Notes: generated by a model from the sequence alone, not told the origin. A DNA stretch of 62,678 bases, filler included, from Platydemus manokwari (GCA_037951405.1; 6 parts of 6 records of this genome joined end to end with filler, not necessarily neighbours in it), one strand, 5' to 3'. Shown: positions 15,288 through 28,869, counted from the first letter of the whole stretch. A program made the numbers and translations.

Positions 15288-15866
15288 CTTAGAACTATAT
15301 ATATCTATATACGTGCATTTCTTAGTGCAGTTCTAATATATCACACTATCTTAATTCTATATGGAGCTGAATTATTAAAGTAATTGATTTTTTTAATTAT
15401 ATATACCAGTTATTTGTTTATTTATTTTTTAGTTGGCAACCAACTTTATTTCTGGCAACATGGTTGGCGATGACTACACTGATTCCATTTTTTATAACAT
15501 CTAAATTATCATTACCTGATTTTTTATCAGTTCTATTCAGTGAAAATATTTTAAAAAGGTTAATTTAATGCGTAAATATGTCATTTAATATTAAATGTGT
15601 AACATTATAATTATAGAGGAAGTGTTTGTACAACGGGTCAAATAGTTGCTCGATGGTTAGCACGTTTGTCCATTTTTGGATGTTGGGTAGGTGCATGGGC
15701 AATTCCATTGGACTGGGATAGACCATGGCAAATTTATCCGTGGCCTTGCTTTTATGGATCCCTAATTTTTACAGTTATTGGTTTAATTGGAGTCAGTGCT
15801 GTGATTCTTTATAACAAGTATTTTAATTCAGCTCAAAATAGTCTTGCTTGTCCTAAAACGGTTTAA
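15288..15866 (+). CDS. PIGF: Phosphatidylinositol-glycan biosynthesis class F protein (PIG-F/Gpi11), 5'-partial, 3 exons
   Basis: Exons 15288-15379, 15433-15558 and 15617-15866, separated by GT-AG introns of 53 and 58 nt, join in frame: ...YHTILILYGAELLNWQPTLFLATWLAMTTLIP...GCWVGAWAIPLDWDRPWQIYPWPC. This contains the PIG-F signature IPLDWDRPWQ. AATAAA at 15865-15870. The 5' exon(s) are lost at the spacer. Confidence 0.93.
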
Positions 15867-16403
15867 TAAATCTATTTCTTTGATTTATGATTTCAATATA
15901 TTATGTTAAAACGTAATAAATTAAAGTCAATTTCAGTTGATTTGTGTGGGAAGCAAAAGCAAGTTCTATCACAATTTTCATTCATTTAAGACAATGTTTT
16001 ATGGAACTTTTGATTGAAAAATTATACCAAGAATATTATCTTTAAAAGTTAGGTTTAAAAAATCGAAAAATATTTATTCAGAAAAGTAGAACAAACTTGA
16101 TATGTGAATTATATTTTTTTATTTTTGATTATGTCTATAAAATTAAACGAATGGATATTAATAAAGTTATTAAAAAATTGTATTCTAATAAGAGTAAGTC
16201 TGGAATACCCGGTACTGAATGATTTCTCTTATAAAGTGTGGCAAAGACTATCAGTAATCAAGATGGCTTTATTAAATTACAAAAATTGCATGATATTTAA
16301 ATTTAAAAATAAATCTAATTTGTTTAATCTTATCATTAAAATTATAGTTTTTTATAAACTTAAATTACAAATTTAAAATTATAATTTTCCAATCTTCTGT
16401 TTT

Positions 16404-16790
16404 ATGAGAAGTAATATTAGAAATACAAAATTAAAACTTGTTAAAAGATTTAATTGTTCATCTGCTAATCAAGTAACCAGATTTATGAAATTTAACCACC
16501 TAATTAAATCAGCACCATGTTATGAATTTATTTTACAACGAAAGCCAAAAGACTGTATTTATAAATCGACAATGTGGTTTGAAAGTCTTTCATCCAGCTG
16601 TATAACTTCTCCTCATTGCAAATCTTCAAAATCCACACTGAAAAATGATTTCATAAACGAGATATTTATTATTTGTTATTTGTTTGGTCTTGATAGAGAA
16701 GATTCAAATTCAATTCAATTACCAACAATTCGAAGTTCGTGTTTAGCTGACGACGATTATGCTGAATCGTTTTTGTATATTGAAGATTGA
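16404..16790 (+). CDS. Hypothetical 128-aa protein (orphan candidate)
   Basis: ATG-initiated ORF that is long for this base composition; no recognisable domain. Confidence 0.4.
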   Translation: MRSNIRNTKLKLVKRFNCSSANQVTRFMKFNHLIKSAPCYEFILQRKPKDCIYKSTMWFESLSSSCITSPHCKSSKSTLKNDFINEIFIICYLFGLDREDSNSIQLPTIRSSCLADDDYAESFLYIED

Positions 16791-17094
16791 GAATATATAA
16801 ATTGACTAAGAAAAGATGTAATTCTTTAAGTATTTTTAAGCGATATTGAATAGCTTAGTAATTAAACTTGTTATATGAAATAATCGAATTATTTATGAAA
16901 TCGTTTCATGAAAAAGTTTAAAAGTTGAATGACTTTAATAACTTTTTCATAAACTTTAATATTTGCTATGTTTAATGTTTATATGAGTACAAAATATATT
17001 GATATGGTGTATGCTTTGTTTCAATGTAATAAAATGTATTTATAATTGAAGGATAAATATAAGTGAATTTTTGAAACTATAGATAAAATAAAAT

Positions 17095-17420
17095 TTAAGA
17101 AATAGGGTCCTTTTACCTACTTTCGTTATAATGAATTTTCGCGCATGAGATAATTTTATAAATTAATTTTATATATAACTGCTACGTTTGATTTATTCGT
17201 ATAATTCAGTTAATATCTCATGTTTTAAGATGTCTAATAGTGACAAAACATAGTTTTAAAACTAAATTCCCATTCTAATCACAACACTTCTATATGATTA
17301 TTTGAGTTTTTAAATGTAAATTTTTTTAATTATAAATAGAGTTAGTTAATTAATAATTTAATTGTTTATTTTTATAAAGTAATTGTAAGAATTGAGAATA
17401 TCTCTGCTTTCTAATTGATA
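17095..17420 (-). mobile_element. Merlin-family non-autonomous fragment
   Basis: Begins with the family terminus TTAAGAAATAGGGTCC; the body matches 12350-12570 and 27480-27690. Confidence 0.65.
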
Positions 17421-17439
17421 TTGCTTGTTATTATTTATC

Positions 17440-18110
17440 CTGGTTCCAGTGAGGGTCTTCAAAAATCCGATTAAGTGAATTTTTAAAGTATAGATTATTG
17501 TCACTAAATATTATTCCCAAGTTATTGAATATTTGTTACCAGAATTATTTGGTATCTAATTATGTAGAAATATACAACGAGTTCTCATAGTATCTGGACT
17601 TATATCCATATAAGTAGCAATTTGTGATTATAGTTTGTCTACTACTTGATACTATTACTGAACTTATGAAGATAGCTACTGCCACATCACTGGGTGCTTG
17701 AATCATAATACTCGGTTTGGTATGCAATTTATTAGCAATTGTTCTGCGGCATAAAATATTGGTTTGGTCACTGCGAGGAAGATAATGTTGCTTCCCTTTT
17801 CGTTTTATCCAAACATTCATAATTTTCGTCCCTTCCCGATATAAAAAATGGTTTCATTCTTCGTTGCGTAATTCTTGTTTTTGATTTAATTTTTCCTTCC
17901 GCCTTGTTTGAACTTTATAATTCTTGCTCCAATTCTTATTTAGTAATATTTCGTTGTAATTTTTCGAAAGTTATTGGTTGCCCTATTGATTGTTTTGATC
18001 TTTCCCAGTGCTTTCCATTTCTTTACCTTGACTTTTCACCATCTTTCTCGAATTATGAATTTTATTTATGTAAAAGGTCACAGTTTGCTATCGGTGAAAA
18101 AATTATTTGA
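17440..18110 (-). repeat. LTR-like segment carrying the TTGAAG.CCC...GGA.CC motif
   Basis: Reverse complement of 17440-17462 is TTGAAGACCCTCACTGGAACCAG, similar to motifs at 38739 and 43999. Boundaries uncertain. Confidence 0.3.
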
Positions 18111-19606
18111 CAAAATTCGAAAAATAATATAGAAAAGATGAAAATAATATAAGATAATTTTAATATAAAATAAAAGATAAATATTATATATTATAAATAA
18201 GAAAAAAAGAAAATTATCAAGAAAAAATAATAATTTTAATAATCTAAGTAAAAATTGATCACATTATTTAAAATAAAAAGAAAACTTTTAAAATAATATG
18301 TCAATAAATTTTATCAAATCTCAAATAATATCAAATTTTATCAACTTTTTAAAACAACATGTGGACAACAACCGAATATCAAACCTACAATTTTTCAAAG
18401 CATTAATAATTCAACGTTTCACCGAAATTAAAACAAAATCTCTATTTATGAAAAAGATCAAGATTATCAAAAATTCTATACAGATAATAAGTATTTGAAC
18501 ATTACACAAGCAGGTACAAATTCATTAGTTAACACGAATAAAAAATGATCTACTTTGATAGTAAATATTTTAGCAATCAGCGGCATCAATATTTGATTAT
18601 ATTTTGTCTTTTTTAATTATTCTCTCTTTCAAAATATTACTGGTGATTTTCATATCTTATGGGTTATTGTAAATAATTATTCCCGAAATTTTATTTTATT
18701 TGCTTTTTTTGTCTCTCATATTTTTCTTCATAATTGTATGAGTAAATTTTTAATTAAATGTGTTCCCATTACATTTAATAGTGAAGTGATTTTCTTTTAT
18801 AAAAATTAATTAGCATTCATTCAAAATTCCCGTAACCACACATACTACTTAATAAAAATTATTACCGATTATTTTATTAGAATAAACATGGTAAATAAAT
18901 ATAGTAAATTTTGTATAATATTATAATAAAATTATGGTCTTGATGCTTCTTACATATGGTTTAAACTCTTTTTAGCCACTTTCTGATTAGCCTTTATTTC
19001 TCATTAGGGTCTCTGGCACTCTGCTGTTACCAACGGATCGTGTGACCGATACCGCTTTGCTAAGGATATGTTAAATAAGGATTTAAAACTTATTATAAGA
19101 TATTGTTTATTGATGGGTATATACAAATTATTCTTTGACGATTGATCGGTATTTACCTTCCAGCAATTATATATTTACTATAGTTGTTATATTTTTGTAA
19201 TTCTGGGATTTTAGATAATTTTTCTGTCACAATATCATATTGTCTATTTATCCAACATATTGGAATACTAGAAAGAAATATTTTTAAAAAGTGATTAAGG
19301 TCTGATAAAAACAATAGCCTTCTAATCTTTATATAAATTAACGTAAAATGTTTTGATTTTTGAAATGTATTTGTAGCAATTATAATAACATTTTCTAAAA
19401 ATGGAATGAAAATAATTTTTTAAACTTTAAGCCGATATTCAACAATAATAAAATTAAATTTTGGAAAAAATAACTTTATATAATTATCATTTTAGCGTTG
19501 TCTTAATAAAAAATATTCGAGATCTTAAGATTTTATTTTCCAGGAATAATCTCTAAAATTTCAAAATAATGTTCACTATAAAATCTGTAGACCATAGAAA
19601 GTGATT

Positions 19607-20296
19607 TCATAAACTTTTTCCACTTGCACTTTTTAAATTGTGTCCGCTGAAGATAGTCGCAATATGTTGTTGTTGTGCTTCATCATATTTAAATGTTTGA
19701 GAGACTGTTTCTGGTCCTATGCTCTCTGCAGTAAAATATTGTGTCATAATTGTTGAGCGAACTGGTAATGAAATGTCTGATGAATCAGTATTTATTTTCG
19801 ATTTCATAATAGAATTGGTCATTTTTAAATTTACAATCGAAGTTTGAAATAATGATTTTCCTAAATGATCTTTTTCATAATTACCTACATCTGCTTGAGT
19901 TAGACTATTTGGGGTACTTAGACCATTAGGACTGTCTATATTACTTGGGTTGCCAAATTCTTTATAGATTTCCGGTGGTATTTCAATACCCTTAATTTTA
20001 TAAAAAACTTCAATAAAATAGCATCTTGTATTAACTAGCTTTTTGGTTTTATGCCAATCAGGCTTACAAGGAATGTAGCCAGGATAAGGTTGATAATAAA
20101 AACTCCCATTTGTTTTCAATACCATAGCCATCTTACCACAAGTTCCTTTGATTATTGGTCTAGGTTTTCTTGACTGACATGGCTTGTTATTCAAATTGAT
20201 AAGTTCATCGTTTATTTGAATCAATTCAAAAATACTTTTATTTTGTTCCAAAAATTGTTTTGTGGTGAAATGAATTTGTCTTTGATAAGCTTTCAT
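19607..20296 (-). CDS. Hypothetical 229-aa protein, no recognised domain
   Basis: Uninterrupted 690-nt ORF in AT-rich DNA with a globular-looking N-half and an S/T-rich C-half. A possible upstream exon (about 20487-20581, donor GTATGT) could not be joined in frame. Confidence 0.7.
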   Translation of the reverse strand: MKAYQRQIHFTTKQFLEQNKSIFELIQINDELINLNNKPCQSRKPRPIIKGTCGKMAMVLKTNGSFYYQPYPGYIPCKPDWHKTKKLVNTRCYFIEVFYKIKGIEIPPEIYKEFGNPSNIDSPNGLSTPNSLTQADVGNYEKDHLGKSLFQTSIVNLKMTNSIMKSKINTDSSDISLPVRSTIMTQYFTAESIGPETVSQTFKYDEAQQQHIATIFSGHNLKSASGKSL

Positions 20297-21904
20297 AATA
20301 ATTAAAAGTTTGGCATATGAAACTGTTCATCTATAAATAATTATTTAACATTGCATTCAACTCATTTATTAATAGTATCGACTAAATCAATTAATCAACA
20401 ATTTCTAAAGAAAATATTTTAATATTATGCTGTCTTTCATTATGAAATCAAATATACCAGTACAAGTTGTTTATCTGGTACATACATGTAAATTTATTTG
20501 ACTCAGTGAGTGTGCTATTCTGCTATCGAAAAAGTCCATTGGATGTAAAAGAGAACTTTTGTATGACTTGAGTGTAATTTGCTGTTAAAATGATGGTCAA
20601 ATTATTAAAAAAAACTGTTTTGTAATAAATTAAATGCATCCAAGTACATTTAATTATTTTTGTTATATCATGTAATGCAAATTTATTTAGAGATGACGAT
20701 ATGCCCATTTTATGTGAAAGTTTATATTATGAAATGTCGATAATGATGAATGAGTAACTCCTTTTAATCAAAATGTTTATTTGAAGTTACCAAGAAAAAT
20801 ATATACCCATTAGGGATCCTACGGAGCCTTAAACGTCGTCAAATCGAATATCCCCGAACTGTCCGAATTAAAAACGAAACAAGTATTGGTCTTACTTTTA
20901 AGATACTTTAATAAAATATTTCCAGAATTTCTCCCTTGGTAAGGAGCGTATTGCAAAGTCCTTCGATAATTCCGAGAATAATAATTACCTTTTCCAGGAT
21001 TTAGGTAAAGTAATGCCTTGTATAAAGTAAACGATTAATTTAATGTTTAATATGACATTGTTGTAATTCATAGGAATAATATTAATACTATTGTTGTATC
21101 AAGATACTGGAGGATAGAATCGCTCAAAAAATGAACAAATAATTGTGATACATTTGGAAGTAAAAGGATTTGAATGTATCAAAAATTTATTAACTTGATA
21201 ACTTGAACGAGATCAGTATTTCTAGAACAAATATGGTGAATAATATTTATGTAAAAAAGCTTCAATAAAAGATATTTTAATTTTATGTATTTGGTTTTGC
21301 TAATGATGTTCTTACTTGGGTAGTAAAAATCCAATAGGTGAGTTAGTGAATAAACTCGCAAAAATTAACATTATAAATCTTTATAAATCAAAATCGCGTA
21401 AACAATTACAAAAATTATATCTGCGGTTATCACAATTAGTTATATAATTATTTTGAAAGGAAGAAATGAAGACTGATTTGAGAACAAGCAACCTCACCAT
21501 TAATTCGTGCCATTTAGTATCTTGTGTAAAATATTTTTATAAATACATTTATATATAACGCAATTATATCAACTCCCCAGATTTTTCCAAAATGCTTCAC
21601 AGCGTTCAAATTAGATCGATTTTACAATGACTGCACATATTCAAGTAAACGATAACTACTTGTTATCACAATTCGATTCTCGTCTGAATTTCACTTTGTA
21701 ATTTTTGTAGTGATGATCTTATTAATTTTCTTTTCTTATATTATTTTTCTTATCTACCTAATTCACTGTGATTATTAAATTATTTAACTTTACATTGCTC
21801 AGATTTTATTAATTCTCTAGCATTTGACCAAACTAGGTAGTGGTTTTCTTGTTCTTCCTCTTTCCTGGGAATATTTATTTCTGATAAATAATTTAATTAA
21901 CCCT

Positions 21905-22050
21905 GATTAAGTTAAGGGAAAAGAGTCCTTTAATATAAATTCATTATTATGAATTTTCGAGCATTTCTTAATTTTATGCTTAATTATGTAAGCCCATTTT
22001 TACAAAAATTTATTGCAAAATTTATTTTTATAACAATCTTAATTTTAGAG
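21905..22050 (-). mobile_element. Merlin-family terminal fragment
   Basis: GATTAAGTTAAGGGAAAAGAGTCC followed by ATGAATTTTCG.GCAT, as at 17095-17160. Confidence 0.5.
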
Positions 22051-22664
22051 ATAGATTATATGAATTAATTGGATTTCAATTTTCGCATTATTGTGATTAT
22101 AAATGACTTAGTTTCTAAGATTAATGAGGTACTTTTAAAGAGTATCAGTGCTATATTGATGGCCGAAGTTCTTACTAGATTTTATTCTTTCTTGAAATAA
22201 CGAGCAACTCTGTTTGACTATTCTTTATATAAAAGCATCCATCATGATGAACCCCATACATCATACATATTTAGTCTAGTCGTTTCTAATATTATCTTCA
22301 AGTTAAAACTTTCATTCTACAATTACTTTACATAATGACAATAATTTTATTAACAATGAATTCATNNNNNNNNNNATTATTTTTTCTCTAACTTACATGC
22401 ATTCATTTTATTATTTGTTTAAAGAATTTTTTAATCGTTGAACACATGCTTCGTGTCGATTTCTTATTTATAATAAATAAATTGTTTTTACACTGATTTT
22501 CCGTTATAAATAATAAATTATTCATATATTATTTTCATGTTTCTTTTTAAGAATAATAAATTCCTGTTATTTGAATAATAAATTACTATTATATTCACAA
22601 TATTAAATGACATTATTATCAAAAGCTCTGATACTTCACAAAAAATATTAATGGTCCTACTTAA

Positions 22665-23531
22665 TTATTTTTTTTCTTGACTATCAACTTTTTTGAATGA
22701 TACCTGCTTGCTTGTTACCTGCACATGTTGCTTAATACTACTTGTTTCCGATCCCATTTTTGTATTTGAAATTACCTCATTATTTTTGAAAATCGACTTT
22801 AAATTCGTAGGATTACAATTTCTGATTTCAATTTCAGATTGTGCTATTATGAACCCCAGACTTTCACCTTCAGATTCACATTCAAATTCCTGACTATTTG
22901 ACTCATAGATTGGTGGAAGTGAAAAATCTGAATAACCTTTTAATTTTTGTGATTTGAATTTGCGATTCATTTGAGAAATTGGTGATTTTCTAGAAATTGT
23001 TTGTTGTTTTAATAACTTTTCTCGATTATATTCTTTAGCCATTCTTTTTCTTTCTGTTTTTTCTTCAGCACTTTGTTCAATTTGATTGAAATGATCTTCT
23101 GCAAAACTTACAAATTTCGTAACTCCAAAGATTACTTCACTGGAACCCAGAGCGAAAATTAATCGATTATTACGTGTAACTTCATATAGATAATAATCCA
23201 CTTCTTTGAATTTCGGACAAACATAAAGACGAATTGGATTCAAATTTTTATACTTTTCTTCAATTATTGTTGGATTAATATTGATGACAACATTTTCTAT
23301 CTTCTTGCGTTGCTTTTTAGTATCGTTAAAATCATATGTTGATGGACTACTTCCAAGATTTTCGAATGACTCAAATGATCTCAATGAATCATTCCAATTT
23401 AAAATTCGGTAATTTATTGGTGGTAGAGGTTTCAAACGGTCTACTTCTATTCCATTGCTAAGTATTTTAGGTAAAGGTGCATGCGAATGTTGGCATATTG
23501 ATTTTAAGTATTTTCTAGTTTTCCTATTCAT
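22665..23531 (-). CDS. Hypothetical 288-aa basic protein, no recognised domain
   Basis: Uninterrupted 867-nt ATG-to-TAA ORF. K/S/E-rich, with two LPPI motifs and a coiled-coil-like EEKTERKRMAKEYNREKLLK stretch. Confidence 0.75.
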   Translation of the reverse strand: MNRKTRKYLKSICQHSHAPLPKILSNGIEVDRLKPLPPINYRILNWNDSLRSFESFENLGSSPSTYDFNDTKKQRKKIENVVININPTIIEEKYKNLNPIRLYVCPKFKEVDYYLYEVTRNNRLIFALGSSEVIFGVTKFVSFAEDHFNQIEQSAEEKTERKRMAKEYNREKLLKQQTISRKSPISQMNRKFKSQKLKGYSDFSLPPIYESNSQEFECESEGESLGFIIAQSEIEIRNCNPTNLKSIFKNNEVISNTKMGSETSSIKQHVQVTSKQVSFKKVDSQEKK

Positions 23532-24122
23532 AGAAACGTTTGCAATACAAATAATTTTAATAATTTCAATGGATTTTATATAATATTAACGATTGAATTC
23601 GTTATTCAAATATTCAACTATAATGTTTGATAAAACATAAAATAAGAAGGTACATTATTATAACATTAGAGAAAATAGAGTAACAAAATGTGTTATAAAT
23701 ATCCAAAATCCAACTTTACAACAATGTTTTAAAAAATCTCCGAAAGCAATACATTTTTACATTTTTCTTTGATGCTTCAACTAAGCTACTGTTTTTATTG
23801 ATAATCACAAGTAAATGATTTTAATTTGTCTTTGATTTTAATTAAAAATAACTTTTATATTGTAAATTATAAATAATATCTTATCTGCAGTTTAGTTTAA
23901 ATGTATGATAGGATCTATTTGATTAAAGCCAAGAATCTTGGACTTTAAAAAAGGACTTCTGCTTTTGGAAACCAATTCTGATATTGTCGGATTTGTTAAG
24001 ATTTCCCTTGTTGCTTCTTCACGAAATTAATAAAATCTATAATACTAGTAGTAACGTGATTAAATAAATAAACACATGGTGTTTGTTTAAATAATTGATT
24101 GGCGGTTGATTGCAGTTTTTCA

Positions 24123-24222
24123 NNNNNNNNNNNNNNNNNNNNNNNNNNNNNNNNNNNNNNNNNNNNTTAATTAATTAANNNNNNNNNNNNNNNNNNNNNN
24201 NNNNNNNNNNNNNNNNNNNNNN
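24123..24222. other. Assembly spacer N44-TTAATTAATTAA-N44
   Basis: Same 100-bp construct. Confidence 0.97.
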
Positions 24223-24456
24223 ATTGTTTAGATATTCCGCTATTAGGGTTGTGAGGTTTAATTAAAATAATTAAAAATAACGACTTTTAAAAATTTAATA
24301 TTTTTATATAAAATATTTTAAAATTTTATAAGTAAAATTTAATTTTTATTTATATATACAACCCTGATTAAGATTAAATAAATGAGAAAGCTCTCAAAAA
24401 TTTGTTTGAATAATGTTTTATTTGTTTTATTAAATAAATTTGAGAAAATCCTAACC

Positions 24457-24666
24457 ATGAGTTCTTTTGTTGAAAAACCAGTAACAAGTGAAGTAGCGGC
24501 CACTAACAAGGGTAATAGAGTGTAAACTTAGAATAGCTTAATAACTTCTAAAACCTTTTCTCTCACTCAGCCTGGTTGCTCCAGCAAACATCGTATAAGG
24601 AATTTTCTAACTTTTTTATCTCATTAAATTCTTCCGAAAAACAAACTTATTTCTAGCTTCACTTAG
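24457..24666 (+). CDS. Candidate small spliced ORF (28 aa)
   Basis: Exons 24457-24511, 24571-24592 and 24657-24666 with GT-AG introns of 59 and 64 nt give MSSFVEKPVTSEVAATNKAWLLQQTSFT*. AATAAA at 24671-24676. Confidence 0.3.
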
Positions 24667-26227
24667 TAGTAATAAATTTATTATATTTATTGATATTTTT
24701 GATGGCTAAATAATGACTTGATTAAATCAATTATCTAATTCGATAAAGTACTTTCTATTGATCATGTATTTTTTAAAAAATATTATTAATAATATTTATT
24801 GAATAAATATTCGATAAATAAAATCAATGTGTATAAAGTGTGTAAAGCTTATTTTACTTATTTCTGGTTCAATGAATCTATACAATCACAAATCCTTGTA
24901 ATTGAGGAAGACCTCTATCGCTCCATGTTTGAAAGTCGCGAAAAGCTGTTGACCTCGGATTCACAGCTTATCACGTGATTTAAATTAAGAGATGAACTTT
25001 TAATTAATTAATTTTGAGAACCCTTTGATTGTGTAAGATATCAATAATTAAGATAATTTTCTTTTGGGAATAAAAGTAAGCTGAAGAATCGTATGCTTCA
25101 GTCTTTGATTAATAAAAGAATATATATTTTAATCAAAAATAATTTTGCCACCCAATGGATTCATGCTCAAATAGCGGAATTATTATATTCCCAATACCAA
25201 TAATGCTTACTAAAATAATCCAATTAATGAGTATCTGAATTATTTGTTTAAAACGACTGAAATCGGTGTAAAAATCCGAACTACAGTACGTAGCACAGGT
25301 TTTTATCTATTGATATTTATTACATCATAAGTATGTTCAAGACAACTACTCAATATTCCGTGGGTCCAAAGACTTGCAACATTGATTCCTTTCAGTATAA
25401 AAATTTTAAATATCACTTTTTAAATTATTTTATTTTATTTATCTTTTATTTTGAAATTCAAATTATAATTAATAGTGTTTTAGATTTTCGATTATTTAGT
25501 TATTCTCAACCGGATATTTTCAAATTTCTGAATTACTGCAACTTTTAGAAATTGTATCTTCTCTTAATTCAGTCTTGCAAATCAAATTATTGTGGGGAAT
25601 TCTCAAATAACCAATGGTACCCTTATGTGGACTTGGTGAGATACTGGAGATGGATTTTCAGAAATGTTAAATATTTAATGATTTTTGTAGAAATTTTTCA
25701 TTCTTTGCATTAAATTGTTTTTAATTACTTACCGGGCTGCGTTTGATCTTTATCAATTGTTTACAATATCCTTCATAAAAATCGATGTAAAACTGGAAAT
25801 ATTTAGAGTCTCGGGTTGGGAATATTAACTGGTTATCTGCAGGTTGAGATTTATTCTCTTAAACAATCGACTCTGTCAGAAACATTATATAAACTCTTCC
25901 ATGTTAACCCTCTTGTCGACCTGTGTTCTTAAATTTATCAGAAAAAATAAATTCTTTAACTTCGAAGAAAATTTATCATATTGGTAATGGAGGAATTATG
26001 TAAAAGACAGAGTTAAATAGTTAGAATTAATAAATCGTATAAATAAGTATTTTCTAAATTCTTCATATGACCTATTTTATATCAAATATATGCTTTGAGT
26101 AATTTGAAAATGATGTTCAGTAAAACATGAAAACTGAACATCAGGATTAATCATTGAAATATCATTTGATACCAATTACTTAGAAATGAGTACAAGCTTT
26201 ATTATCAACAATTGAATTTCTTTAATC

Positions 26228-26967
26228 GGCTTACGTTAAGAGAAGAGGGTCCTTGACCTTGTTTCTTAATGATGAATTTTCATTTGCCATTTAATTTTAT
26301 AATTTACTTTAAGAAAAATTTAAATTTTAGATCAATATTATTTATCGATTAATTATTCTTGGGTATTGTATTTTCTAAATTTCTTGATGTCATGAAACGA
26401 TGAAGAATTTCAAATTATTGACAGTACCGTGTTGATAACCAAAATATGGATGACGTCTCTAAGACCTTCAATGAAACTTGATAACGATAAAATAAAAAAT
26501 TATTGATCAAGCCTTACCCATCATCAATTAAAGATGAAATGATACTTTAAATGTCAATTTTATGTTTATATTATAATTTTTTCCTTTACGATTATCACAT
26601 GTCGGTTTTTGAACGAAAGAAGAAATGAAGATAATAATAAATTTTTTGAAAAATATTTCGTTTTTATGATTAGAATTTTACCATGTTGTGATTTTTAATT
26701 TATTCTTATAATTCAGTTTATAGCTCACTTTCAGGATAACTAATAAGGACAGAACAGTATTGAAAAATCAACTCCATATTCTAATCATGACATTCCTGCA
26801 TGATTTTTTTGATTCTGTAGCTTTAAAAATTTGAATCATAAATTCTGATTGGTTTAACAACCTAATATAACTTGTTTTTATCAAATAATTGTAAAAAATA
26901 ATTGTAAAAAAATTCAACAAATTTAATTTAAAATTTTGTTTTAGGACAATTTTTCTTAACCTTATCC
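26228..26967 (-). mobile_element. Internally deleted Merlin element with both TIRs
   Basis: Left end GGCTTACGTTAAGAGAAGAGGGTCC; right end reverse-complements to GGATAAGGTTAAGAAAAATTGTCC. Internal minus-strand 'FGYQHGTVNN..FFIV'. Confidence 0.75.
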
Positions 26968-26991
26968 TTGGCTTCTAATGTCACAAAATTG

Positions 26992-27947
26992 TCTTAAATT
27001 AAGAAAAGGAGTCCCTTGTTCTCATTTTCATGAAATGATTTTAGGTGTATTATATAATTTCTAAATTTATTTGTAATGATATTTTTATCATATTTTGATT
27101 TAAAATTCAATGTTAGATAAAAAAAGAATAAGAATAGCTAAATTCTATAATAAAAACATCAATAATAATTTAAAGATGAATTCACAAAGCACTTAGAATG
27201 ACTAACAGCGTTGGGGTAAGTTGGGAAGGCATCTATAAGACCTAAAATAAAATCTCAATGCGATTGATCTATCTTGATCATCCATCAATTAAATATAAAG
27301 TAATACTTTCATTGCTAATTTTTATATTTTTCTACAATTTTTTCTCTAAGATTGTCACACCTTTGCTTTGAAATAGAAAGGAGAAGAAATGAAGAATTCA
27401 TCAAATTTTATATAATAATAAAATTATTATTTATATTTTTGAGGTTTTTTATCATTTTGTGAAAGCTTGTTTATTCACATAATTTAGTTGATATCTCACA
27501 GTTCATAATGTCGAATAGGAACAAAATAGGATTGTTAAATCAAGTTCCTGTTCTAATCGGGACGCTTCTTTATGATCATTTGAGTTTTTAAATTCAAATG
27601 TTTAATTATAAACCTAGTCAGTTAACTACAGACACTTTTAATATCATTGCTTAATTTTATAAAATAATTGTAACAATTGAGAATATCTCTCAATTTGCTT
27701 CTAATGTTAAAAGAAGGAGTTCTCGCTAATTTTCAAGAAATTGCAATTCTACCTACTTTGATCCGTTTATCAAATAATTAAATTTTAAGAGATTTTTAAA
27801 CTCTAGTCTATTTAATATTCGATTTCTTAAGTACTTAAATAAAAATTTCAAAATGGTTTTAAAGAATATAATTAAATAAACTATATAGATTTGTGTTATA
27901 CACTCAACAAATTAAAAATTTTATTTTAGGACCGCTTTTTTAAAGCA
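26992..27947 (-). mobile_element. Second adjacent Merlin-derived element
   Basis: Left end CTTAAATTAAGAAAAGGAGTCC; right end GGACCGCTTTTTTAAAGC. Internal minus-strand 'AVSHSKCFVN'. 27690-27940 aligns with 47480-47750. Confidence 0.72.
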
Positions 27948-28869
27948 TATTTTAAAATCCACAAGAGATATGATTTAATAAATTATCAAGTTGTATATGG
28001 GAAAAATATTGAAAAAAAAGATTTACTGGAAAAATTGCCAATAAACTGCATCAGTGCTCCAAATTTGAAATTTTGTCTGACCATAAATTTAAGCTTCCAT
28101 GTTTAATATTATGATGTATTTTGCTCATGGCGACACAACAGACAATCTATCTATTGATCAATTTTGTATTACCTTCTTTTCATCACTGTCACACAAGACA
28201 TTGAATCTGCTATGGTATAAATCGATAATTAATCAATTAGAACTTGTCATTCTCTCACTTGTACCCAATGCCATTTGAGGCATGTTCTAGCTGGTTATTT
28301 ATTCCTAATCAACATACATAAAAAGCAATACATAAAGCTAAGAGTGTACTCATGTTGCTAATAAGGCCTGAAACTAAATGATGAATACTAAATGATGAGT
28401 CTTCTGACATAAAATGCGTTTTCATTATGATCTTTTAAAGCTGCTTATTACGAACTATTTATTTTTAAAGCTTAAAATGACGAACAGAAAATTGAGTGAA
28501 GCTAAAATGTCAAAGAAAATTAAATCCAAATTCAATCATTCTCAATTTCGATTTAGACAACAGAGTTTCAAATTTTTATCATTCATTGTTTTTTTCCGAC
28601 AATTCTTGGTGTTGATATTTTCAGTGGTCTGCTATGATAAAATAACTCGATCATCCGAAATCTGGTAATCTTTTGGAATATACTGATATGAAATCCAAAT
28701 GCAATGAAATTCTGTGTCACAATTAAGTCGATTTAATATGCGAGAATCTAGATAAAATAGGCGTGTCATTAAATGTGCCGATATATTCCACACATACAGG
28801 TTAGTCGACGGACATCCTAATGATACTGTTTCTATCCGCAAACCTTCATAATCTATCAGCAAACCATTA

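Noticed and set aside
25733-25930. Exon-like minus-strand segment ending in a perfect GTAAGT donor
   Set aside because: No adjoining exon extends the frame convincingly and no homology is recognisable.
28385-28430. Second hammerhead-like string (TGATGAGTC-TTCT-GAC-ATAAAATGCG)
   Set aside because: Lacks the first C and an intact GAAA box; no convincing stem I.
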